A program made the translations under genes and the position numbers. A model generated the notes under the pieces. It did no database searches and had not been told where the DNA came from. It worked only from the letters and a program-made list of their open reading frames with translations. 64,000 nt of DNA. Source: Dendrobates tinctorius. Taxonomy: Eukaryota. How positions within the stretch are numbered: position 1 is the first letter of the stretch; every line of letters starts with the position of its first letter. Location: assembly GCF_039654945.1 (NCBI RefSeq), contig NW_027361738.1:81840001-81904000 (forward strand), written 5' to 3'. This document shows positions 1-12,500 of the stretch, one piece after another.

Positions 1-344
1 AATGGGTCTGGATGGTAAATGACGGGGGGTGGGGGAGAATGATAAACCCGAAATCAATCATTAAGACGTGTCCAAATACTTCTATGTAGAGGCCAATAAC
101 TGCCTGGCTGTCCGTGTCAGAGGGACACTGGGGGTAGTAACTGTGGCTGTGATGTTCTGGGTTGTTCCGCTTTGGATGGCCTCCTTTTGGCACACATACA
201 TAATACAGACCCCATCCAGCAGTCACATTCCCACCTAACTACACATTACATCACCTCGTCTAACTATCACTCACGAAACAACTGCTTGTGCTCCTGTGCT
301 GAGACTGCACCTGTGCTTTTATAAAGTCACGTGTTGCCCGCGTT

Positions 345-432
345 ACAGAAGTGACCAATGAGGTAAAAGGCGCAACGTGATGACGTATGGGGAGCGCTGA
401 AGCCGGTTGGCTCTGGCTGTTACCATGGCTAC
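345..432 (+). promoter_or_regulatory. CLXN/EFCAB1 proximal promoter with CCAAT box, CRE-like TGACGTA and RFX X-box (GTTACCATGGCTAC, 419-432)
   Basis: Motifs read directly about 100-190 bp upstream of the ATG. The X-box is one mismatch from GTTNCCATGGNAAC, as expected for a motile-cilia gene. Confidence 0.6.
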
Positions 433-537
433 GCTTGTTGTGCCGCTGAAGCTTTGCTGAGAGATTTCTAACACGTCTCTAGGGTCCGCGGACTACAACC
501 CCCAGCAGAGCTCGCCATGTCCCAGCATGTGGCTGCC

Positions 538-595
538 ATGAACCGCAAGAACCTGAAGAAGCTGGCGGAGACCCTGAGCAAGAACGCCCGGCACT
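538..595 (+). CDS. CLXN: CLXN/EFCAB1 coding exon 1
   Basis: [19 protein letters not shown], donor gtaact at 596. Confidence 0.85.
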
Positions 596-3500
596 GTAAC
601 TATCCCGGGAGCGGTGGGGGAGCCAGAGAGGGGGGATCTGCTGCGCCTCATGCTGGGGGTTGTAGTGTGTAAGCAGACATTGCCTGCTGGGAGTTGTAGT
701 GTATAAGGAGACATTGCCTGCTGGGAGTTGTAGTGTGTAAGGAGACATTGCCTGCTGGGAGTTGTAGTGTGTAAGGAGACATTGCCTGCTGGGAGTTGTA
801 GTGTATAAGCAGACATTGCCTGCTGGGAGTTGTAGTGTGTAAGGAGACATTGCCTGCTGGGAGTTGTAGTGTGTAAGGAGACATTGCCTGCTGGGAGTTG
901 TAGTGTGTAAGCAGACATTGCCTGCTGGGAGTTGTAGTGTGTAAGGAGACATTGCCTGCTGGGGGTTGTAGTGTATAAGGAGACATTGCCTGCTGGGGGT
1001 TGTAGTGTGTAAGGAGACATTGCCTGCTGGGGGTTGTAGTGTGTAATGAGACATTGCCTGCTAGGAGTTGTAGTGTATAAGCAGACATTGCCTGCTGGGG
1101 GTTGTAGTGTATAAGGAGACATTGCCTGCTGGGAGTTGTAGTGTATAAGGAGACATTGCCTGCTGGGAGTTGTAGTGTATAAGCAGACATTGTCTGCTGG
1201 GGGTTGTAGTGTGTAAGCAGACATTGCCTGCTGGGGGTTGTAGTGTATAAGCAGACATTGCCTGCTGGGGGTTGTAGTGTGTAAGCAGACATTGCCTGCT
1301 GGGGGTTGTAGTACGCTAAGTCCTGACATATAGGGTAAATGGGGGTATTCAGTGCTCTCCTAAAAATGTCGCACAATCTGCTGCCGGGCGCAAAAAAAAG
1401 CTTTGGGAATTTACAGGAGTTAGTAAAAAGAGCAGATAAAGGGGCTGTATAACTTAGTGGGGGCACAACCAGCGCCCCGGGGGTGGGGGTCGACATGCGG
1501 CTGTGATTCAGTCCATAAGGACAATCAGATCCAGTTTACAAGATAAAACTTTTACAATCAATACTTCATTTACAAATATGTAAAACCACAGAGTGTTTGC
1601 TGTGGATTTGATGGATTGATGGAGGGGAATCGTGTAGAGGCGCAGCCGGGCATCCAGATAAGTGCTGCACTGGATTCAGGACTCGTGCTGTGTAGTGATG
1701 AGCGAGTATGCTCGTTGCTTGGTTGTCCTCCCGAGTATTTTGGCGTGCTCGGAGATTTAGTTTTCGTCTCCGCAGCTGTATGATTTGCAGTTACTTGACA
1801 GTCTAAATACATGTGTGGAATGCCTGTTTGTTAGGGAATTCCCACATGTATTCAAGCTGTCCAGCAGTCGCAAATCATGCAGCTGAGACGACGAAAACTA
1901 AATCTCCAAGCATGCCATATTACTCGGAGGACACCCAAGCAACAAGTATACTCGCTCATCACTAGTGCTGAGCTGTTCTAATTGTGGATGATCTGTACCA
2001 GGGATACATATGGAATAATGTCCGACGTGTGGACCGCACCAAAAGGTGTATAGTGCCTACGTGTATCCACCGAGACACCACAGAACGCTCTGCTCTCCTT
2101 ATCCATTAGTAACTATAACGCCTATTCTATCTAGTATCGATATAGGGCTGTCCAAGAATATGCAGGGCTAGTCCGCGTTCAGTGGGGGGCGCCATCCTTA
2201 TACTGAAGATCCAAAAGCAGTGACTGGGGGAAACTATATGCAGATGGATAATGAACTGGCTAAATGACAGGAAACAAAATGGTAAATTATCTGAATGGGA
2301 GATGGTCCACACTGGGAACCACAAGGATCAGTACTGGGAGCAGTGAGGACCGCAAGGATCAGTACTGGGAGTATTGGGGACTGCAAGGAACAATACTGGG
2401 AGCAGTGGGGACCGCAAGGGATCTGTACTGGGAGCAGTGGGGACTGCAAGGAACAATACTGGGAACAGTGGGGACCACAAGGATCTGTACTGGGAGCAAT
2501 GGGGACTGCAAGGAACAATACTGGGAACAGTGGGGACCACAAGGATCTGTACTGGGAGCAGTGGGGACCACAAGAATCAGTACTGGGAGCAGTGGGGACC
2601 ACAAGGATCAGTACTGGGAGTATTGGGGACTGCAAGGAACAATACTGGGAGCAGTGGGGACCGCAGGGATCTGTACTGGGAGCAGTGGGGACTGCAAGGA
2701 ACAATACTGGGAACAGTGGGGACCACAAGGATCTGTACTGGGAGCAATGGGGACTGCAAGGAACAATACTGGGAACAGTGGGGACCACAAGGATCTGTAC
2801 TGGGAGCAATGGGGACTGCAGGGATCTGTACTGGAAGCAGTGTGGACTGCAAAGAACTATACTGGGAGCAGTGGGCACCACAAGGATCTGTACTGGGGGC
2901 AGTGGAGACCGTAGGTATCTGATCTGGGAGCAGTGCGGACTGCAGGGATCTGTAATGGGAGCAGTGGGGACCACAAGGATCTGTACTGGGAGCAGTGGGG
3001 ACCGTACTTATCTGTACTGGGAGCGGTGGGGACTGCAGGGATCTGTACTGGGAGCGGTGGGGACTGCAGGGATCTGTACTGGGAGCGGTGGGGACTGCAG
3101 GGATCTGTACTGGGAGCGGTGGGGACTGCAGGGATCTGTACTGGGGGCGGTGGGGACCGCAGGGATCTGTACTGGGAGCAGTGGGGACTGCAGGGATCTG
3201 TACTAGGACTGATTCTGTTTAACCTCTTTTTTAATGACCTTGTGGATGGGATTGAGAGTAAAGTGTCCGTCTTATTCTTATTCTTTTCTGACGACACCAA
3301 ACTATGTAGGGTACTAAAATCTGAGCTTGACATTACGATATCACAGAACGATCTGGATAAGACGTCTGATGGGCAAACACTTGGAAAGTGAGGTATAATG
3401 TAGATAAATGTAGAGTAATGCACCGAGGACGGAGTAATCCCATTGCTGCACATACATTAGATGGGAGAATACTCGGGATACAGAACAGGAGAAGGACGGG

Positions 3501-6500
3501 GGATTCTGGTACAAGTAAGCTGAGCAGCAGCACTCAATGTCAGGCAGCTGCCGCAAAAGCAAACAAGATTTTAGGATGTATGAAAAGAGAGAGAAAATCC
3601 TGCAATCCTAATGTATTATTACCCCTTCATACATAACTGGTGAGGCCACATCTAGAATACGGGATCCAGTTTTGGGCTCCACATTTTAGAAAATATATTC
3701 AAAAGTTAGAGTCAATGACGGACAACTAGATTATTACAAGGAATGGAGGCCTCTTATATGATGAAGAGTTGGAAAAGTTGGGCTTGTTTTGCTTAGAAAA
3801 AAGACGCCTCAGAGGAGAAATCATTTGCATGTATAAATATGTGTGTAATCAGTACAGAGGACGACACATTACTTATACCTGCCAAAGACCATACTGAGGA
3901 CCAGGGAGCATTCATTACTGGTGGAAGAAAGGCGATTCCGGCAGCTAAATAGGAAAGGGTTCTTTACAGTTAGAGCAGTCAGACTGTGGAATGCCGACCA
4001 CAAGGGGTAGTAATGGCCGACACTATAACAGCTTTTATACGAGAGCCGGATGATTTCCTCAGTACACAGAATATTGTGGGATATAGCTGTTTTTACTGCA
4101 AATCCACTTAAAATACTCTTTGAATAAAGCTTCCTATTAGTTTTATTGGGAAATGTTCAAAATAATGTGAAAAAACCAACACTGTGTGAATATAGGAGCT
4201 TTTACCATTAACAAAAGTTGGAAGCTTAAGGATTTGGGAGCAGAATCTATTTCGAAATCCTTGTAAAGGAAAAAAAAAAAGAAAAGAAACTCCGTGTGAA
4301 CGTGTCATTAGACGTCATAGTGCTCACATCCGCAGTATCGCTGCCATTCATTGTTTATGTGACTAATGGAGATACCTAAGCGCAGCGCTCGGCTTTCACT
4401 ATCAGCCCCATAGACAATGGATGGAGCGAATGGCATGCAAGGCAATTTCCCCCACTTAAACAGGGGACTCCTCAGCCCCATACATGGGATTGGTAAGTCG
4501 GACCCCTGTGTTTAGCAAGTTGTCACCTGTCTTTGAAATAAATGATAACTTGCTAAAGTGGGAGAACCCATTTGGCTCTTTTCCAACATCCGCCATACAT
4601 ATCCAGCACGTCAGGTGCTAGTGTGCAGAGCGGGCTCAGGTCCTGATCTCGCTTCTCGTAAGACAGGTGCCGGCTGTGTTGTACAGCCGGAATCTGCCGG
4701 TAACAGCAGCGATCAGAGTCTCAAAAAGCAGCCTTTAAGTTTTGCGATCCCAGAGCTGATACAGGTGCTCATCACCTCTCATCCCCCCAATGTGATTGTG
4801 GGGTGCACATGTGTTGCTATGGCCAGCTGAAGACCCCCATCATTGCCATTTTTGCACTCTCAAAAAAGGTTTCAAAGATAGATAATTACAAGGAAAGTGA
4901 CTGAACAGTTGCAGTATCAAGTCCCCTTTAAATACTACAAGATAATGTAAATTTTTTTAGATAAAAGAAATGTTTGACTCACACAACTTTTCCCAATTAA
5001 CAAATTTAAAAAACTATATAAAAATTAAAAAAGAGATAAAAAAAAAATAAACATATTTGTTATCGTCAAAGTCCGATCTGTGAAACATAATTAATCCATA
5101 TGGTAAATAAAAAGTATTTAAAAAAAACAAAATAAAGTTTGAATGTTTCGGACACTGTACGTCGCCCCAAAAATGCAACAATAAGCAATAGGAAAGTTGT
5201 GTGCACCCCGAAATTGTAGCAATAAAAACGACAGCTCGTCGCGCTAAAATCCATCCACAACATCAGTGGAAAAACAGAACGACGAGTCTCAGAAGACGGT
5301 TTTGTTTTTTTTTTTCTTTTTTTTTACAAAGATTTGGAATCTTTTAAGCCACAAAAATATAAAACTAAAAAAGTCTACAAGTTTGGTATCGCTGTGATTA
5401 AAGTGACCCGGAGAATCGTGTCGCCGGGTTTATCGGACACTGAATGTCAGAAAAAGAAAATAAAAACATCAATAGTGGAAATACGTTGTCACAATTTCAC
5501 CCTGTGTTTTTTTTCGCATCTTTCAGTACATTCTATAGTAGTAGCGAGAACGCTGTCATGTAGAGCGACAGCTCGTCCTGCAGAAGGACACCTTTATATT
5601 CAGCTATTGGCTCATCAGTACCGGATGATCCCACCATGTAAAGCTTTCTGGGGTCTCATCGGGGATTGTTGCGATTCTTGCAGTCACCAGACAAGAGGTG
5701 GAAAGTCTCATCCGTCTGTACAACACGATCGTTGGACGCCCGATAGATCCGTACAGCAGAGGCGGCATCGACAGGAACACGTTCAGGAACATCCTGCACA
5801 ACACGTTCACCATGACGGACGACATGATCATGGACCGCGGTGAGTGCAGGACTCGGGGCGCAGCGCTATAGTAAGGAGGGGCGCAGCGCTCTATAGTGAG
5901 GGGGGCGCAGCGCTCTATAGTAAGGGGCCGCACTCCGCTCTATAGTAAGGGGCCGCACTCCGCTCTATAGTAAGGGGAGGCGCAGCACTCTATAGTAAGG
6001 GGGGGCGCCACACGGGGCGCCACACTCCACTCTATAGTAAGGGGCCGCACTCCGCTCTATAGTAAGGGGGGGCGCAGCACTCTATGGTAAGGGGCCACAC
6101 TCCGCTCTATAGTAAGGGGGGCCGCATTCCGCTCTATAGTAAGGGGCCGCACTCCGCTCTATAGTAAGGGGCCGCACTCCGCTCTATAGTAAGGGACCGC
6201 ACTCCGCTCTATAGTGAGGGGCCGCACAGCGCTCGATAGGGGCCGCACTCCGCTCTATAGTAAGGGGGGGGGGCGCAGCACTCTATGGTAAGGGGCCACA
6301 CTCCACTCTATAGTAAGGGGCCGCACTCCGCTCTATAGTAAGGGGGGGCGCAGCACTCTATGGTAAGGGGCCACACTCCACTCTATAGTAAGGGGCCGCA
6401 CTCCGCTCTATAGTAAGGGGGGGCGCAGCACTCTATGGTAAGGGGCCGCACTCCGCTCTATAGTAAGGGGGGTGAAGCACTCTATGGTAAGGGGCCGCAC

Positions 6501-9500
6501 TCCGCTCTATAGTAAGGGGCCGCACTCCGCTCTATAGTAAGGGCGGCGCAGCACTCTATGGTAAGGGGCCACACTCCACTCTATAGTAAGGGGCCGCACT
6601 CCGCTCTATAGTAAGGGGGGGGCGCAGCACTCTATGGTAAGGGGCCACACTCCACTCTATAGTAAGGGGCCGCACTCCGCTCTATAGTAAGGGGGGGCGC
6701 CACACTCTATGGTAAGGGGCCGCACTCCGCTCTATAGTAAGGGGGGGTGAAGCACTCTATGGTAAGGGGCCGCACTCCGCTCTATAGTGAGGGGCCGCAC
6801 TCCGCTCTATAGTGAGGGGCCACACTCCGCTCTATAGTGAGGGGCCGCACTCCGCTCTATAGTGAGGGGCCGCACTCCGCTCTATAGTGAGGGGCCGCAC
6901 TCCGCTCTATAGTGAGGGGCCGCACTCCGCTCTATAGTGAGGGGCCGCACAGCGCTCGATAGTTAGGGGCCGCACTCCGCTCTATAATAAGGGGGGGGGC
7001 GCAGCACTCTATGGTAAGGGGCCACACTCCACTCTATAGTAAGGGGCCGCACTCCGCTCTATAGTAAGGGGGGGGCGCAGCACTCTATGGTAAGGGGCCA
7101 CACTCCACTCTATAGTAAGGGGCCGCACTCCGCTCTATAGTAAGGGGGGGCGCAGCACTCTATGGTAAGGGGCCGCACTCCGCTCTATAGTAAGGGGGGT
7201 GAAGCACTCTATAGTAAGGGGCCGCACTCCGCTCTATAGTAAGGGACCGCACTCCGCTCTATAGTGAGGGGTCGCACAGCGCTCGATAGTTAGGGGCCGC
7301 ACTCCGCTCTATAGTAAGGGGGGCGCAGCACTCTATGGTAAGGGGCCACACTCCACTCTATAGTAAGGGGCCGCACTCCGCTCTATAGTAAGGGGGGGCG
7401 CCGCACTCTATGGTAAGGGGCCGCACTCCGCTCTATAGTAAGGGGGGGTGAAGCACTCTATGGTAAGGGGCCGCACTCCGCTCTATAGTGAGGGGCCGCA
7501 CTCCGCTCTATAGTGAGGGGCCGCACTCCGCTCTATAGTGAGGGGCCGCACTCCACTCTATACTGAGGGGCCGCACTCCGCTCTATAGTGAGGGGCCGCA
7601 CTCCGCTCTATAGTGAGGGGCCGCACTCCGCTCTATAGTAAGGGGCCGCACAGCCCTCTATACTGAGGGGCCGCACTCCACTCTATAGTGAGGGGCTGCA
7701 CAGCGCTCTATAGTAAGGGGCCGCACTCCGCTCTATAGTAAGGGGGGCGCAGCCTCTATGGTAAGGGGCCACACTCCGCTCTATAGTGAGGGGCCGCACT
7801 CCGCTCTATAGTGAGGGGCCGCACTCCGCTCTATAGTGAGGGGCCGCACTCTGCTCTATAGTGAGGGGCCGCACTCTGCTCTATAGTGAGGGGCCGCACT
7901 CTGCTCTATAGTGAGGGGCCGCACTCTGCTCTATAGTGAGGGGCCGCACTCCGCTCTATAGTAAGGGGCCGCACTCCGCTCTATAGTAAGGGACCGCACT
8001 CCGCTCTATAGTGAGGGGCCGCACAGCGCTCGATAGGGGCCGCACTCCGCTCTATAGTAAGGGGGGGGGGCGCAGCACTCTATGGTAAGGGGCCACACTC
8101 CACTCTATAGTAAGGGGCCGCACTCCGCTCTATAGTAAGGGGGGGCGCAGCACTCTATGGTAAGGGGCCACACTCCACTCTATAGTAAGGGGCCGCACTC
8201 CGCTCTATAGTAAGGGGGGGCGCAGCACTCTATGGTAAGGGGCCGCACTCCGCTCTATAGTAAGGGGGGTGAAGCACTCTATGGTAAGGGGCCGCACTCC
8301 GCTCTATAGTAAGGGGCCGCACTCCGCTCTATAGTAAGGGCGGCGCAGCACTCTATGGTAAGGGGCCACACTCCACTCTATAGTAAGGGGCCGCACTCCG
8401 CTCTATAGTAAGGGGGGGGCGCAGCACTCTATGGTAAGGGGCCACACTCCACTCTATAGTAAGGGGCCGCACTCCGCTCTATAGTAAGGGGGGGCGCCAC
8501 ACTCTATGGTAAGGGGCCGCACTCCGCTCTATAGTAAGGGGGGGTGAAGCACTCTATGGTAAGGGGCCGCACTCCGCTCTATAGTGAGGGGCCGCACTCC
8601 GCTCTATAGTGAGGGGCCACACTCCGCTCTATAGTGAGGGGCCGCACTCCGCTCTATAGTGAGGGGCCGCACTCCGCTCTATAGTGAGGGGCCGCACTCC
8701 GCTCTATAGTGAGGGGCCGCACTCCGCTCTATAGTGAGGGGCCGCACAGCGCTCGATAGTTAGGGGCCGCACTCCGCTCTATAGTAAGGGGGGGGGCGCA
8801 GCACTCTATGGTAAGGGGCCACACTCCACTCTATAGTAAGGGGCCGCACTCCGCTCTATAGTAAGGGGGGGGCGCAGCACTCTATGGTAAGGGGCCACAC
8901 TCCACTCTATAGTAAGGGGCCGCACTCCGCTCTATAGTAAGGGGGGGCGCAGCACTCTATGGTAAGGGGCCGCACTCCGCTCTATAGTAAGGGGGGTGAA
9001 GCACTCTATAGTAAGGGGCCGCACTCCGCTCTATAGTAAGGGACCGCACTCCGCTCTATAGTGAGGGGTCGCACAGCGCTCGATAGTTAGGGGCCGCACT
9101 CCGCTCTATAGTAAGGGGGGCGCAGCACTCTATGGTAAGGGGCCACACTCCACTCTATAGTAAGGGGCCGCACTCCGCTCTATAGTAAGGGGGGGCGCCG
9201 CACTCTATGGTAAGGGGCCGCACTCCGCTCTATAGTAAGGGGGGGTGAAGCACTCTATGGTAAGGGGCCGCACTCCGCTCTATAGTGAGGGGCCGCACTC
9301 CGCTCTATAGTGAGGGGCCGCACTCCGCTCTATAGTGAGGGGCCGCACTCCGCTCTATAGTGAGGGGCCGCACTCCACTCTATACTGAGGGGCCGCACTC
9401 CGCTCTATAGTGAGGGGCCGCACTCCGCTCTATAGTGAGGGGCCGCACTCCGCTCTATAGTAAGGGGCCGCACAGCCCTCTATACTGAGGGGCCGCACTC

Positions 9501-12500
9501 CACTCTATAGTGAGGGGCTGCACAGCGCTCTATAGTAAGGGGCCGCACTCCGCTCTATAGTAAGGGGGGCGCAGCCTCTATGGTAAGGGGCCACACTCCG
9601 CTCTATAGTGAGGGGCCGCACTCCGCTCTATAGTGAGGGGCCGCACTCCGCTCTATAGTGAGGGGCCGCACTCTGCTCTATAGTGAGGGGCCGCACTCTG
9701 CTCTATAGTGAGGGGCCGCACTCTGCTCTATAGTGAGGGGCCGCACTCTGCTCTATAGTGAGGGGCCGCACTCTGCTCTATAGTGAGGGGCCGCACTCTG
9801 CTCTATAGTGAGGGGCCGCACTCCGCTCTATAGTAAGGGGCCGCACAGCGCTCTATACTGAGGGGCCGCACTCCACTCTATAGTGAGGGGCTGCACAGCG
9901 CTCTATAGTAAGGGGCCGCACTCCGCTCTATAGTAAGGGGGGCGCAGCCTCTATGGTAAGGGGCCACACTCCGCTCTATAGTGAGGGGCCGCACTCCGCT
10001 CTATAGTGAGGGGCCGCACTCTGCTCTATAGTGAGGGGCCTCACTCTGCTCTATAGTGAGGGGCCTCACTCTGCTCTATAGTGAGGGGCCGCACTCTGCT
10101 CTATAGTGAGGGGCCGCACTCTGCTCTATAGTGAGGGGCCGCACTCTGCTCTATAGTGAGGGGCCGCACTCTGCTCTATAGTGAGGGGCCGCACTCTGCT
10201 CTATAGTGAGGGGCCGCACTCTGCTCTATAGTGAGGGGCCGCACTCCGCTCTATAGTGAGGGCCGCACGCCGCTCTATAGTGAGGGGCCGCACTCCGCTC
10301 TATAGTAAGGGGGGGCGCAGCACTCTATAGTAAGGGGCCGCACTCCATAGTAAGGGGCCGCACGCCGCTCTATAGTAAGGGGGGGGGGGTCGCAGCGCTG
10401 TATGGTAAGGGGCCGCACTCAGCTCTATAGTAAGGGGCCACACAGCGCTCTATGGTAAGGGGCCGTACTCCGCTCTATAGTGAGGGGCCGCACAGCGCTC
10501 TATTGTAAGGGGGGCGCAGCGCTCTATAGTGAGGGGCCGCACTCCGCTCTATAGTAAGGGGCCGCACAGCACTCTATAGTAAGGGGCCGCACAGCGCTCT
10601 ATGGTAAGGGGCTGCACTCCGCCCTACATTATAGTGAGGGGCCGTGCAGCGCTCTATGGTAAGGGGCCGCACTCCGCTCTACATTATAGTAAGGGGCCGC
10701 ACTCTGCTCTATAGTAAGGACTGTGCTTCTATCTCCAGTATTCAGAGGGTTCGATAAGGACAATGACAGCTACATCAGTGTGAGCGAATGGATCGAAGGC
10801 TTGTCTGTGTTTCTCCGGGGAACGCTGGACGAGAAGATTAAATGTAAGTGATCCCATGTGCCAGAATGTAAAGGAGGCAAGAACTCTCTTTTAGCCATGA
10901 CTTATCAGCCTATCTACATGGCAGAACTGGAGGCTACTATAAGGCATCTACAGTGCCTTGCGAAAGTATTCAGCCCCCTGGAACTTTTCAACCTTTTCCC
11001 ACATATCATGCTTCAAACATAAAGATACCAAATGTAAATTTTTGGTGAAGAATCAACAAGTGGCACACAATTGTGAAGTTGAGCGAAATTTATTGGTTAA
11101 TTTAAATTTTTGTGGAAATGCAAAAACTGAAAAGTGGGGCGTGCAATGTTATTCGGCCCCTTTAACTTAATACTTTGTGGCGCCACCTTTTGCTGCGATT
11201 ACAGCTGCAAGTCGCTTGGGGTATGTCTCTTTTGGTTTTTGTACATCGAGAGACTGAAATTCTTGCCCATTCTTCCTTGGCAAACAGCTCGAGCTCAGTG
11301 AGGTTGGATGGAGATCGTTTGTGAACAGCAGTTTTCAGCTCTTTCCACAGATTCTCGATTGGATTCAGGTCTGGACTTTGACTTGGCCATTCTAACACCT
11401 GGATACGTTTATTTGTGAACCATTCCATTGTAGATTTTGCTGATGGCAGGGGGCATCGATATACCTCTGTAGCAAATCCAATTTTTAATGCCCCAGTCAG
11501 CATTGACTACAGCAGTAAGAGGGGAGGAAGATACAACTATAACTCAGGATCAGTAATGTAATGTATGTGCACAGTGACTGCACCAGCAGAATAGTGAGTG
11601 CAGCTCTGGGGTATATAATACAGGATGTAACTCAGGATCAGTAATGTAATGTATGTACACAGTGACTGCACCAGCAGAATAGTGAGTGCAGCTCTGGAGT
11701 ATAATACAGGATGTAACTCAGGATCAGTAATGTAATGTATGTACACAGTGACTGCACCAGCAGAATAGTGAGTGCAGCTCTGGAGTATAATACAGGATGT
11801 AAGTCAGGATCAGTAATGTAATGTATGTACACAGTGACTGCACCAGCAGAATAGTGAGTGCAGCTCTGGAGTACAATACATGATGTAACTCAGGATCAGT
11901 AATGTATGTACACAGTGACTGCACCAGCAGAATAGTGAGTGCAGCTCTGGAGTATAATACAGGATGTAACTCAGGATCAGTAATGTAATATATGTACACA
12001 GTGACTGCACCAGCAGAATAGTGAGTGCAGCTCTGGAGTACAATACATGATGTAAGTGTAAATCGTTTTCTGGTACAGAACATTATCATTATATAACACT
12101 GGGGGCAGAGATCTCATGATTATTGCATTTTTCTGCAGATTGCTTTGAGGTCTATGACCTGAACAATGACGGTTTTATCTCCAGAGAAGAAATGTTCCAC
12201 ATGCTGAAGAACAGTCTCCTTAAGCAGCCGACGGAGGAAGACCCAGATGAGGGTATAAAGGACCTGGTAGAAATTACACTAAAAAAGATGGTATGTGTGT
12301 TTCATATCCTTCTTTCTTCAGTTTTCAGTTGAGTTCCTGCAGGGATAGTACACCTAAATTAAGTTTCTTACATTTGCTTAGTAGCTAATTGCCCTGTATT
12401 ATTAAGTAAACTGTCACGAGAGAGCCCTAAGAAGCAGTCGGTTTTGCTAGGGGCATCCATGTGACATACGCATGACTTGAATTAATGAGAAAGAAAATTG

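Noticed and set aside
479-1496. Long minus-strand ORFs (191-282 aa)
   Set aside because: They are translations of the 34-bp minisatellite.
2234-3453. Multiple long W/G/C-rich ORFs on both strands
   Set aside because: They come from the 30-bp repeat inside a dead CR1.
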